A stretch of DNA of 64,000 nucleotides from Gekko japonicus (GCF_001447785.1 NW_015169177.1:1098032-1162031), one strand, 5' to 3'. Shown: positions 39,259 to 51,520, numbered from the stretch's first letter. Notes: generated from the sequence alone by a model not told the origin. Numbers and translations: made by a program.

Positions 39259-39631
39259 GCAGGGGGTCAAGGACTGCAGCAACAGCCGTAGATGCCCTGC
39301 AGGGTACAGTTGCATTGGTAACAAGTTAGTCTTGATTTATGATGTTTAGCTTTTTGACTTGGAAGGAAAAGGAAATGGTTCACATTGGAGAGACAAGTGC
39401 TACATCCTGCACATTAACTTCTTGTAATGCATTTCAAACTTATCCTTTCTCTGAGTCATCATACTACTCTCCTGTCAGTCTGATGTCTCTCTCTTCCTGT
39501 CTGTCTTAGAATGTTCACTCGGTCAAGAGAATTTAATCCTGTCATTTTTGTTTCCTGACTGTGTTAAGTAAAATAAATTAAAAGACTAGAAGATTTGCGT
39601 GGAGGTTATATCAAGTTTTAGATGCCTTTTG

Positions 39632-39635
<4 letters not shown>

Positions 39636-39677
<42 letters not shown>
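39636..39677. repeat. (CT)n microsatellite
   Basis: Direct observation. Confidence 0.95.
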
Positions 39678-39680
<3 letters not shown>

Positions 39681-40530
39681 CACACACAGTTTCTAATCTA
39701 GAAAATTTCTAGGGAAAGGAAAGTTACCCAAATATTACCCCAAAGCTCAAACTGTTCTCTCTTGAGTTTTTAATCTTCTGAAATGCCTGCTGAATCTTTG
39801 CACAAAGGCTCTAAACCAGAAGCAATGTTTGTAAATATTTATTTGCTCTCATGGATCCAACCATCCATTTTTGCTTTGCTGCATTTTTTTTTGGGGGGGG
39901 GGGAATGGATAATACAAAAACTGGTTTTGTTGCCAGGGCTGCTGAGAGCTACCATGAACCACTGGACAAATATTCCCTCTGCCTCCCCCCCCCCTCATTT
40001 AAAGGAACAAAAAATTAAGAAGAAAAGAAAGTGTGATAGAAAAATAGGGAGTAAGCCTGGCTGACCTCAGTGAGATTTACTTTTCCTTCATTGATTTCCC
40101 TCAGCATAGCAAAACCAGGGAGAGAAAGGGCCAGGACCACTCTCCCACCCACTCATGATCTTTAGGGAACAGAGCAGGCAAAAACCCCTCCTAGGAGTTC
40201 AGGTTCTCTCATTTTAACCCTTTGCGTAACTAGAGAAGCTAGTAAATCAGGTCAAGGATTAAAGTGAGCAATTACAGATTCTTGAAGAGGTTTCTAGCTG
40301 TTGTTGAAGTTCTGAGATTAGTCCAGGAGAACAGGCATTATGCTGGCTACTTGTTTGCTCTGTCAGCATTGCCAAATGAGGCAAGTGAGCTGCCTGGCTG
40401 CCCAGTCTTCTACAGCAACTTGGGTCTGGGGAATATTGTACCTCTGTTTCTGCCTTCTCATTGCCTCCTTGTTTCAAGGAGGGGGGTGAGTCCTATCCTC
40501 TGTTAATACGTATGTAAAGAATGAGTCTAG

Positions 40531-40854
40531 GAGCTGCTGTGGCTCAAGTGGTTAAGACGCTGAACTGTACGCTGGAAGGTCGGTAGTTCAGCAGTTCGAG
40601 ACCCGAGTGCCGCATGACAGAGTGAGCTCCCGTCTCTGGTTCCAACTCCTGCCAACCTAGCAGTTTGAAAGCAAGAAATTGCAAGTAGATAAATAGGTAC
40701 CGCTTTGGTGGGAAGGTAACAGCGTTCCGTGTGCCTTGGCATTTAGTCATGCCAGCCACATGACCACGGAAACAGCGCTGGCTCTTCGGCTTGGAAACAG
40801 AGATGAGCACCACCCCCTAGAGTCTGATTCGACTGGCTTTCGAGCAAGGGAAAC
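40531..40854 (+). mobile_element. Sauria SINE
   Basis: GCTCC..CCTGCCAACCTAGCAGTT.GAAAGCA..AGATAAATAGGTACC body; perfect 15-bp TSD AAAGAATGAGTCTAG (40516-40530, 40855-40869). Confidence 0.92.
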
Positions 40855-40952
40855 AAAGAATGAGTCTAGTATACCACTGTGAACTCTCTTCATGTTGCTT
40901 CAGAATATGCTAGGTATTTGTAGTTGTGGGAAAGCCTCGACAAGCTTTAGAG

Positions 40953-41716
40953 CAGGGGTGTCAGACATCAGGTTCTTATGCAGCCCATGGGCAATTAGTG
41001 CAAGGGAGGGAACAGGAGACTGCTTTGGGGGGAGTGGGCGGAGCCATTCTGAGCATGGCTTCAGCATGGCAGAGCAACCTCGTCTGCAGCAGTCAAGCAG
41101 TGTGGGAGTGTCTGCCCAGTGCTGCACCACTGGCTCTCCAGTCCGCCCATATGGGTTTCCATTGCATCCCCTCCCTCCCAGCCCATGAAGCCTTACAGTC
41201 AGGATACAACAACTCGGAGTTTACCAGCTGCTGTTTTTTTTATACATTTTATATCTCCAGTACCCAGCAATAGGAGCTGCGGTGGCTCAAGTGGTTAAGA
41301 CGCTGAACTGCAGGCTGTGGAAGGTCAGTAGTTCAGCAGTTCGAGACCCGGGTGCCACATGACGGAGTGAGCTCCCATCTCTAGTTCCAGCTCCTGCCAA
41401 CCTAGCAGTTCGAAAGCAAGAAATTGCAAGTAGATAAATAGGTACCGCTTTGGTGGGAAGGTAACAGCGTTCCGTGCGCCTTGGTGTTTAGTCATGCCGG
41501 CCACATGACCACGGAAACGTCTTTGGACAGCGCTGGCTCTTTGGCTTTGAAACGGAGATGAGCACCGCAACCCTAGAGTTGGATTTGACTGGCTTTCGAG
41601 CAAGGGAAGCTTTACCTTTTACCCAGCAATACGTTTTATGGCACACATGGCCTGGCCCGACAAAGTGACATGTATGTCAGATCCAACCCTCCTAACATAT
41701 GAGTTTGACACCTCTG
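40953..41716. mobile_element. hAT (Charlie-like) MITE interrupted by a Sauria SINE
   Basis: TIR CAGGGGTGTCA / TGACACCTCTG; flanks CTTTAGAG / CTCTAGAA. Confidence 0.8.
41273..41619 (+). mobile_element. Sauria SINE
   Basis: Same body as 40531-40854; ACCTTT tail; 12-bp TSD TACCCAGCAATA. Confidence 0.92.
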
Positions 41717-42351
41717 CTCTAGAACCTATGAGTGGGAAGAGAAGTTATGAGTTGCTTTAGTTGCTTTGATCAGCATCTGGGAAGTTTGTAAATCCAACAG
41801 TCAGTAATTAATGCAAAAATTCTTTTAAAAAACAAACAAACCCAAGGCTTTTCTTTATTGACCTTTTTAGCTTATGTGAGAAAAAATGTTATTAAAAGTC
41901 AATAGGAAATAACATTGTTTTACAGCTATAGGGTACACTATTGTTTTACAGCTACAGGGCTATTTAACAGCAAGGTAAAAATCTTTTGTAACTGCAGGTG
42001 ATAGTAGTTTTGTTTCATCCAGTTGTTTGTTTGCAGAGGATTTCAAAAACACTGTTTACATTTGTGTGTCAAACAGTTCCTAAGTTTTACGTTACCAGAT
42101 CACACATGCTGTGAATTCTTTAATGACTAGCAGTTCCATTATGTTTGAGGGTCGCATGAGGAAGCATGAGCTTGTATTCAACAGAAAAAATATGTGAAGT
42201 CTCAAGTATTTGTGTTTTGCAGTTATTTTAATAAGGAATACTTGAAGTGTTATGCAGACCGATGCTGCATCTAAGTTGCACCACAGACTGGGGGCAGACA
42301 AAACAGCAATAGGGGTTCTTCCTTTGAAACTTGTTTTAACTTTAGACTAAA

Positions 42352-43019
42352 CAAGAGGGGGACCCGCGATACTCGGGGGGGGGAGAAGAGCTCCGTCTCC
42401 TACATCCCCACCCTCGATCTCCCCGAGGCTGCGGGGGCGGCGGCAGCGGCGAGGCCGGTGTCCCCCCCCCGCCCGTCCGCCGGCTTCGAGNNNNNNNNNN
42501 NNNNNNNNNNNNNNNNNNNNNNNNNNNNNNNNNNNNNNNNNNNNNNNNNNNNNNNNNNNNNNNNNNNNNNNNNNNNNNNNNNNNNNNNNNNNNNNNNNNN
42601 NNNNNNNNNNNNNNNNNNNNNNNNNNNNNNNNNNNNNNNNNNNNNNNNNNNNNNNNNNNNNNNNNNNNNNNNNNNNNNNNNNNNNNNNNNNNNNNNNNNN
42701 NNNNNNNNNNNNNNNNNNNNNNNNNNNNNNNNNNNNGGGCGGCGGCAGCAAGGCCTCTCTCCCGCCCGCCTGCCCGCCGGCCGGAGGCGGCAGCGTTCGC
42801 AGCATTCGCAGAGCGTCTCCTGCACACGCGCAGGAGACGCTCTTGCACTTTCGGGGGGATTTAAACTTCCCCCCGATTTTTTTTTTTAAATTTTTTATTT
42901 TTGTGCACACGTGGGGACTGGCCTACGTGTGCACAAACCTCCCCTGGCCCCCCAGGTGCCCCCGAAGTGCAGATTTAGATATCCGCACTCCAGGGGCAAC
43001 TTCAGCATTCGTATAAGGA
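42352..43019 (-). mobile_element. Probable non-autonomous Helitron (contains an N gap)
   Basis: Minus strand begins A|TCCTTATA and ends with hairpin CCCGAG-TAT-CGCGGG, a 7-nt spacer, then CTTG|T; no TSD. Confidence 0.6.
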
Positions 43020-43238
43020 TAGGGTTGCCAATTCTGGGTTGGGAAATACCTGGAGATTCTAGGAGTGGATCTGGGAGAGGGCAGGGTTTGGAGGGGGGAG
43101 GGGGCTCATTTGGTATGTAATGCCGAGGAGTCCACCCTCCAAAGCAGCTGTTTTCTCCTTGGAAACTGACCTGTCACCTGGAGACTGGTTGTAGTTCTAG
43201 GAGATCTCCAGGCCCCATCTGGAGTCTGGCAACTCTAT
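43020..43238. mobile_element. TAGGGTTGCC-family MITE
   Basis: TIR TAGGGTTGCCA / TGGCAACTCTA. Confidence 0.8.
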
Positions 43239-43690
43239 GAACCAAATAGGGCTAAGCTAAACCATATATATAAAAGAGTACAAATATTTATTAAGGTGTA
43301 CACGTGTTAAAACTTTCCTGATTAAAAATTGCTTTGTCTAAGATCAGACTGTAAAAGATTGTCCACTATACATACAAATGATGGGTAAAAACTTTACAAC
43401 TGAAGACCAAACACGGTTCGGCGCCTAAGGGCCTTCCTCAGTGGTCACTATTATCTATATATTCTAGACACACATTCAAAGACCTGTTACAGAATTCTAG
43501 TACACATATAATTACACCAGATGTTGTTTCCTTCTCTACTTATAATTGGGCTCCTGGTATTAGTGATGATAGCCATATCACCACCACAACTTATTCTGGT
43601 AACAGCGATTTTGTAGGTCTGAATGTGCGTCCCTCCATCAAAGTGAAAACTCTGAACACCAGACAATAATTTCTAAACTGTGTTCAATCT
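43239..43690 (-). mobile_element. Penelope-like element terminal (pLTR) fragment
   Basis: Contains a minimal hammerhead motif followed, on the minus strand, by AATAAA; boundaries approximate. Confidence 0.55.
43405..43446 (-). ncRNA. Minimal type I hammerhead ribozyme motif (mutated)
   Basis: GACCA-CUGAGGA-A-GGC..GCC-GAAC-CGUGU-U-UGGUC: 5-bp stem I, intact CUGANGA, stem II, GAAA changed to GAAC. Confidence 0.65.
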
Positions 43691-43959
43691 GAGGGGCTGA
43701 GGGGAGGCTTGAGGAATTTGATGTATTCTGTGATTAGGATGCTGCATGTAGCAGTGACCTCCCTCTGCCAATACATGAGCAGTGGCATTTCCCTGAGGGA
43801 AGAAATTATGATACACCAGAATTCTCTGATGGAGCCCTTACTAGTTGATAAGCATAGGGGAATTCCAGAAGCATCATCATTGTCCTGGAAACATCGCTTC
43901 ATTCCTGAGATGACTATATGAAAATGTGAACTGACAGTCCTTAGAGGCAGGATGTCAAT

Positions 43960-44053
43960 CTGCTGAAGCCAAAACAAAACAAAATGATCTTGTGCCACTT
44001 TAAAGGCTAATTAATGGTGGCATAACTTGTGAGTCAGAGCCCACTTCATCGGA
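43960..44053 (-). mobile_element. Degenerate copy of the Penelope-like short repeat
   Basis: GTGAGTCAGAGCCCACTTCATCGGAT resembles 58624-58649; hammerhead core broken. Confidence 0.55.
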
Positions 44054-44127
44054 TCTATGAAGTATTATTTGTGTGTATATATATGAGAAAAAGCATTATC
44101 AGAAAAGATCAGGGTAGTATGGTTATT

Positions 44128-44323
44128 TTTTAATTAATTTATTTAACTTTCAGTTTATATACCGCTCGAACCCCGAAGGGTCGCTGAGCGGTTTACATAT
44201 GATTTTTAATTTCCTACCTAGGGCCACATTAACTGGGGGGAAGTGTTAGCCTACCAGCACCCAGGCAGCTCTTGTTGGCTCTTTTCCAACCGTGCGACTG
44301 AACAACAACAACAACAACAACAA
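44128..44323 (+). mobile_element. Chimeric retro-insertion with BovB-type (CAA)n tail
   Basis: 12-bp TSD AGTATGGTTATT (44116-44127, 44324-44335); 3' end GTGCGACTGAACAACAAC matches the BovB tail near 29465. Confidence 0.7.
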
Positions 44324-45555
44324 AGTATGGTTATTATAAATAAAGGTTGGACAGCCCTGCATTCCAAGCTAGAGATTTGTACATTGCAGGGTCAAATGAT
44401 AATGAGATCTGTTCAGAGGTATAAAATGATCCGGTGTGTGTGTGTAGACGACTCCCAACAGTAGATACATTGACAGAATAAGATGAATATGAGTAGTGCA
44501 TATAAACTTGTAAGGAATGACAGTTACCTTTTTGTATTGAGCAGGACATTCACAGATCCACTGGTGCCCCTCATTCACAACTTTGCATTTGCACTCCCCC
44601 CTCCCCCTGTAGATGTTTGTCGTTTAAAAGTAAATGGGAATGTTTATGACAGGATATTCTGTTTAAGTAGTTCTGTTAGGTTTGTGTAGAGGAAATGGCT
44701 AAATCATCCTGTTTATAGAGAGATAAGGTAACCCCCAACCCTCTGGAGTCTGTTACCCGTAATTCACAAGAAATCCAGCTGTGTATTTTCCTACTAAAGC
44801 ATTATAACTGAAACAAGCAAACAAAAAATACTCCGTGCTTTAAACTTCTGTCCTGTCTCTTCATATAAAAACAGTATACTGTTTTTAGTTAATTACACTC
44901 TCTTTTTTTAAAATCCGGATTTATTGTATTATTGGTTGTACGTATTATACTGCTTTAATTCTTTAATCTGTTTCAGTCAGTGGGTAAAACGGATTACAAA
45001 TGAAGTAAATAAATTCATATATGTTCCTTTTTTGCCATCCTTTCAAAAATGTTGTGGCAGGTGGTCAGATGGATGACTTTACAGATAAACTTTGTTCCTG
45101 ATTTTAATTGAGTATGCTGATTGATGGTTTTATATGCTATTATGCTAAAGCTTTCCCTAGTGGGTTGAAATTAAGCATCAGCAAATAATGTTTGACCTTA
45201 AATGGGCGAAGAGATAGTGCCTCACATGGTAATTCATTGATAGCTCATTGAATCTGTTACGATAAAAATGCAGCTGTTAGAGTGTAAATTTGTTTGCTTT
45301 TTTAATGATTGAATGTGATTACTGTAGCCATGCTTTCCGGGAGTTGGTAGCTCTTATCTGATGGCACTTTGAAAGAAAGTTTTAAACTTGCCCTTAATCC
45401 ATAAATGCAGGAATAGACTAGTTTAGGTTTTTATGAAACCTTTTTAATGAAATCTTTTTCATATGGATTCTTCCCTGATGTGATCAAGTACTTTTCTTGT
45501 TACATGTGGGAAGTTGCCTTTTTGGTAAAAATTATGATTCTGTTGGGCTTCTAAA

Positions 45556-45909
45556 GGGGCCGCGGTGGCTAAGAGGTTAAGATGCTGAGCCGCAGACTGC
45601 AGGGTCTGTAGTTCAGCAGTTTGAGACTCTAGTGCTGTGTGATGGAGTTAGCTACTGTCTCTGGCCCCAGCTCCTGCCAACCTAGCAGTTCGAAAGCAAG
45701 AAATTGCAAGTAGATAAATAGGTCCCGCTTCGGTGGGAAGGTAACAGCGTACCATGCGCCTCGATGTTTAGTCATACTGGCCACATGACCATGGAAAAAG
45801 TCTTTGGACAGCGCTGGCTCTTTGGCTTGGAAATGGAGATGAGCACCGCCCCCTAGAGTCAGATTCAACTGGCTTTCGAGCAAGGGAAACCTTTACCTTT
45901 ACGTTTTAC
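45556..45909 (+). mobile_element. Sauria SINE
   Basis: Same body as the other two copies; 13-bp TSD TTGGGCTTCTAAA (45543-45555, 45910-45922). Confidence 0.92.
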
Positions 45910-46854
45910 TTGGGCTTCTAAATTTATTCTGAAGGAAAGTTTGAACACTTGAGCAGAGAGCCCAAGAGGAACACCAAGATGTTAATTAAAAAATATTTGT
46001 AGGATCCAGACATTTAATTAACAGATTCAGTAATTAAGACTTCCTTCTTCAGCAGAAAGTCACCCTGTCTGTCCATATCATATCAACCCTGATAGTTCTT
46101 ATCTTTATTCATAGGGCTCTTGTTGACTCATGTTTCAGAAATACTATAGTAATGAAAAGAAAAATTTGTTGTAGAATTTGCAGATCTGTAAATCAAATGT
46201 AGACAAGTCATATGAATATTTTTAAGTCCACTTGTTGTAGGCAGTTCCCTCCCATTCTCGTTGCTCATATCTATTATTCATTACAAAATGTAACTGTAGT
46301 AAGGCTGGCTCTTTCCTTGCACAATCATAGTACTGGTCATATGCAACCTTCCTGTGGTTTCTTCTTCTTTAGCCTTCCTATCTATTTTACATTAATCTAT
46401 TTTGCTTTCATACTCTCTGGTATTAATTGGGATGGGGAAGTCTTTATAGATTTTCTTATGAGCAAATCTGTTTGTTGTGATTCAGGAAGGACACATTTGA
46501 TTTATTGGCCCTGCTGCTGTTATATATAAATATTTTCAGTTCTCTGGCTAATGATATGGCTAATGATAGTTTGATATGTCAGGTTTCTGAAAGGTTGCAC
46601 TCTGAGCATGGCACCTACAGCTCGAAGTAGATGGAAGTTACCAGAGGGAGGCAATGCTTCCCAAGTTACATATGTATTTCTTTAGTGCTGCTGCCATTGT
46701 CAAGCGGGTACTCGAGGTTTTTTTGATCCAGTATAAAAACCCGCTTGCCAGATACAAAAGTAGGATGAGCATACATGGTATGAACGGTATTCATGCATTT
46801 AAAATAACAAAACGAAGTTGTTGGGTGAACCCAAGGTCCAGTTATGATGGTGTA

Positions 46855-47048
46855 AATAGCCCAGCCTAGCTTGATCTTATCAGAGCTTAGAAGCTAAGCA
46901 GGGCTGGCCATGGTTAGTCCTTGGATGGCAGACTGCAAAGGAGGTAATGGCAGAAGGAGGTAATGGCAGACCATCTCGGCTCACCTCATGCCTGGAAGGA
47001 TCCGTGGAAGGGGCCCCAGTAAGTCAGTTGCAACTTAATGGTACACAA
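46855..47048 (+). mobile_element. 5S rRNA-derived SINE (5S-Sauria-like)
   Basis: GAAGCTAAGCAGGG..GG....TGGTTAGT.CTTGGATGG.AGAC matches the 5S internal control region, followed by a non-5S body. Confidence 0.8.
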
Positions 47049-48224
47049 TTATTATTAACATATTCCTGTCAATAGATTAAGAGTAGAACAATTGTTGCTG
47101 ATTCGCCCTTGTCTACCCAGAAGTAGCCTTTGGGGGAACAGAGGCAGAGGTGGCCCAGTTTTGATAATAGACCATTGCTGACAGTGCTTTTGGGTCGAGT
47201 CATGTGTCTCAAACCTAAATCTAGTCAGTGGGAATCAGTTTGGATGTAGTCAAACTAAAACTAGTAACCGTGAGTACAGAAAATTATTGTATTTTAATGA
47301 CTGATTTCTTATATAAAGTTCCTACGCATTTCTCAGTGCAGGCTTCATCAGGGGAATCCGAACATTCACCTAGTGCTAGAACTGTCCACAGCAATTAAAT
47401 GTGAATTTTTGATTCTCGCAGTGTGATTCATGAGCCTCCTTTTGAACCTGTCTCAGACTAAGTTCTTGTTTGTCTTGTGCTTGCTACCAGAAAGCTCAAA
47501 GCAATTTTGCATACACATTAAGTTGGCAGCAACATTTACATCCTGTGTTTGATAGAAGAATCTGGGTACTGCAGGGTCCTCTCATGACATTTTTCTCTGA
47601 GTTGAAGGATCACCATTTTGCATTTTGGAGCTTTAAAAGAGATTTTTTTACATCAACTAGTGTGGTACCATAATACTCTGAACCTTGCCTCCATACATGT
47701 TTGTTTTTGCTTTCCTTTTTATTTTGCTGCAATGCAGAATTAATTTCCAGCTAGAAAAACCAGAGCCATGACCCAAACTTGCAGTAAAAGGAAATAGCAC
47801 CTCTGCCTGTGGCATCACTTTCTTGGTGCTGTTGAACATTTTCCATGAAGCTGCTTCGACAGGTAGCAAAATATACTCATTGGCCATATTTCACCACAAC
47901 TGTTTCACACAGTGCAGCTCAGTGTTTCTTGCTGCTGCTAATATTATATAGGTAAACCAGCTGCCAGCTTGTGGTTGTTGTGAAAAAAGAATTTGTTTAA
48001 AATGCAAGATAACGTGCAACTCATTTTCAAAAAATTGTTTTCTCTTTAATGCCTCCACTAAATAAAACAAACCCAAATACTAGAGATTTGCATTTGTTTT
48101 GAGCTTTAGTAAAATTCCTACCTCTAGCCATATGTGGAAGTAGGAGATAGCTTGAAGTTAGCATGACATTAAAAACATTGCTTCTGGTCTCCTACCGTGA
48201 TCATAATGTTACATCACAGAAGAA

Positions 48225-48493
48225 GACGACAAGAAGAAGAGATTGGATTTATACCGGGCCCTTCACTTGGAGTCTCAGAGTGGCTCACAAACTCCTTTCC
48301 CTTCCCCTTCCCACAACAGACACCCTGTGAGGTAGGTGAGGCTGACAGAGCTCTTTCAAGAACTGCCCTTTCAAGGACAGCTCTGACAGAACTATGGCTT
48401 GCCCAAAGTCATCCAGCAGCTGCAAGTGGATGAGTGGGGAATCAAACTTGGTTCTCCCAGGTTAGAGTCTGTGCACTTAATCACTACACCAAA
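48225..48493 (-). mobile_element. Squam3-like SINE
   Basis: Reverse complement of the 27183 family; ends CACTACACCAAA. Confidence 0.88.
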
Positions 48494-48554
48494 TGCCTAG
48501 TATTGAATTGACCATACTTTAACCACTGGAAGTAATGTACACTTGCATGGTCTT

Positions 48555-48618
48555 AACATAAGAACATAAGAGAAGCTAATGTTGGATCAGGCTTATGGCC
48601 CATCCACTCCAACACTGT
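48555..48618 (-). mobile_element. CR1 3' end fragment
   Basis: AACATAAGAACATAAG..GTTGGATCAGGC, the reverse complement of the tail ending at 13418. Confidence 0.7.
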
Positions 48619-48822
48619 CTTCTTTTCCAATCTATCCTAAGTTTGTGTAACTGTTGCCTTTGATCTCTTCTACAAGTGAGTAGTATAGCGGCGTTCACAA
48701 GGGCGATACTCATCATTTACCCAGTGAGTATAGTACAAAATAGTTCAATTCAGACCCCAAACTATACTGTTTGCTAATCGTAATTCAGAACTCAAACCAT
48801 GATTGAGAATTGCTAGTCTGCT

Positions 48823-49006
48823 TTTCCTGACCTGGATAGCCCAGGCTAGCCTAATCTTGTCAGATCTTGGAAGCTAAAGCAGGGTCAGCCCTGATCAGTA
48901 TTTGGATGGGAATACCTGGCCCCCCAAAGCGGGAGGCAGGCAGTGGCAAACCACCTCCGACCCTGCGGGGTCACCATAAGGCAGCTGTGAATTGACAGCA
49001 CTTTCC
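48823..49006 (+). mobile_element. 5S rRNA-derived SINE
   Basis: ATCTTGTCAGATCTTGGAAGCTAAAGCAGGGTCAGCCCTG..AGTATTTGGATGGGA; homologous to the 46855 copy. Confidence 0.8.
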
Positions 49007-49532
49007 AACACTGGCTGCTTTTGTTTCAGTCTGCAGAACAACTCTGAGTTGTTGATTCAGGCCAAGCTGTAATTAAGCTTCCCTTTGACCATGGTTTGGT
49101 GCTGTGCTACCTGAATTAAGCCAGTTTTTCATTAATTTTTGGAACGATGATCCGTAGCCCTGCTGGAACTTATCTCCTGGCCCATCTGTCTAGAAGCAAA
49201 TCTATTAGTTTGCACTGAATTCTCTAAAATATGTAGAGTTATATTTAATAATAATGACAAATGCACAGTATTCCTCATGCCTGCGTACAACCTATGGGTT
49301 GTAGAGAACTGTGAACACTCCAATTAATCCTTCAAACATTAAGGGTGTGCCAGCAAGCTCTCTTGCGGCAGTTGATCTTGTGATGTGATTTTCAAATGTA
49401 TATATTATGCACATTTGTATATATACACACATACTTCAATCAATTATTTTTATTTCTTTTACTTCCCTACCACCTTCAGGCCATTCACCTTCAGGCCACC
49501 TGTTGAAGACTAATTCAGTTAGTCTGTTAAAT

Positions 49533-49757
49533 TTATTTATGTATTTCATTTGTACCCTGCCAATGGGGACTAAAAGGGGTTTACATTGTTCCCCTCGCCT
49601 CCATTTTATCTTCACAACAACCTTGTTAGGTAGGTTAGGTGGAGAGAGTGTGACTGCTGCAAAGTCACACAGCAAGCTTCGTGGCACAAGTGGGGATTTG
49701 AACCTGAGTCTCCCAAATACTTGCCCAACACTCTTAACCACCACACCATGCTGGCTG
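49533..49757 (-). mobile_element. Squam3/MIR-like SINE
   Basis: Reverse complement of the 4314-4545 type. Confidence 0.8.
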
Positions 49758-51520
49758 TAAAGTTCATAGCTTTTTTGTAGTTGTTGTTTTCCCCTCAACC
49801 CCAGATTAAAATGATTAGTATTTTGTTTGTTTTCAGTTGTTTTTGTTGACTGTATGTTAGAGTGAACGTGTGAAGTGCAGAGGCTGTTAGCATTCATGAA
49901 GAAATGGTGCAAACTCTGCTTTTGGCTGATGAATGTCCAAAAATAGAGTTGGACCAATGAACAAGGAGAGTTGCCTAATGCTCAGTGTCAACACTGAGTA
50001 CAGCAGTTTCTTTTCTTTTCTTTTTTTTTGGATATCCAGAAGATGTGTGAAGGATTTTCAACATTCCTGTGAGACTGTCAACTGTGTCCACATTATAAAC
50101 ATTTGTTTCACCTAGATAAAGTTGTTTTCATAGTTAATATTCCCCCAAAGCAAACCCATCTGGTTTATCTATGTGAGGAGAAATGTTAAAATTGTGCCAC
50201 ATAGATAATGTGTTGCTACTAAACTCTTTGATCAAATGAGAGATGGTTTATCTATTGCAAAATGATCCTCACTGCTTGGGGTGGGGGTGGGGAACTTGAT
50301 CAACTAAAAATTCAGAGCTAGTGTTTAAATGTATCTGCTCTTGTCGTGGTTGCCCAAAATACCTCTTCCGGTCCTATGACAATAGCATTCACTTCCACTG
50401 AAAGGAATAGTTGTGCATGTCAGATGCTTCAAAAACTAGAGGGAAGGGGTTGAGATACATTATGCAACAAACTCAAGCTTACCGTCCCCTGATGCTCACT
50501 AGGGAGCCACATACGTATCCAATACTTGTAGGCATAACATGTAATAAGGATACGCCTTAAAATATGAAATAGCCCCTACATGTACAAAACAAAATCCTTT
50601 TATTAACCTGCCTCACAGGATGGTGGTTGTGAGGATAAAATAGGAGATAACCATGCTGTAAACTGCTTTGGGGGGCCTATTGGGCAGAAAAGCAGGGTCC
50701 AAATGCGGTTGGAAGTGTCCTGCTGGATTAGAGGTACTTTCCAGAAGCAGATCTTTCCCCTCCATATTGGGGAAAAAGGGAGGAATGGCCACTGGGCATG
50801 ATTTCCCCCTCTTTGGGGTAGCCTCCCTCTGCTGGTTTGCCTTTTCCTTCTGGGGGTCACTCGGGGTCACTAGGTCTCAGCAGTGCTTCTTTGGGCTTCT
50901 CAGAAGGCTTGTGTATGAAAGGGGAGTTGATGCAACGGATCCAAACTGTTATGTACCTTGAAAGCTTTTTGAAGCATGAGCATTGCTGCTAGCAAAGTGT
51001 TCATAATTTGCCTAAGGAAATCCTGTTTCTTGAAAATGAAAATGTTTCCTATTGTGTTTAAAGCCCTGAACTAAATTTTGTTTCTCTTGTTCAGTACTTA
51101 GGTACTTAGTGCTTCCATTCCCCCCAAATAGAAAGCATCTTTAGCCTGAAAAGCCAACATTTCAAAGAACTCAGATCTTTGTTTCTATTAGTCTGCAGCA
51201 CTTGCACTTTGAAAAAGAAAAAAGCATTCTCACATGAACTTAATTTCAACCGAAATGACTTGTCTTAAATCACAAGACCAGAGAATAAGATTCAAGTGCC
51301 CCTTTTTATCCGTCCGGTTTCTCTTGGTTCTCTTACAGCTTTTCCTAACAGCACCAGTAGGTGTTCCAATGTGAAGCTAGGAGCACTCTAGTCTGATTTT
51401 TGTCCGTTTTTATTTTTTAAATCTTTTGTAAGGCAGAGTAAAAGAAATTTTCTTGAAGTGACAAATGCAAGCATGTTCCTTAAACTACAGCAACAAAAAG
51501 ACCAGTCTTCAGGTACCCTT

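Noticed and set aside
42342-42910. Long GC-rich ORFs / gene first exon
   Set aside because: ORF length is inflated by the N gap and high GC; the termini fit a Helitron better.
46701-46747. 9-bp inverted repeat CAAGCGGGT/ACCCGCTTG
   Set aside because: Too short to distinguish from chance or a tiny repeat relic.
46860-46940. 5S rRNA gene
   Set aside because: Partial, diverged and fused to a SINE body; the same applies at ~48840-48915.
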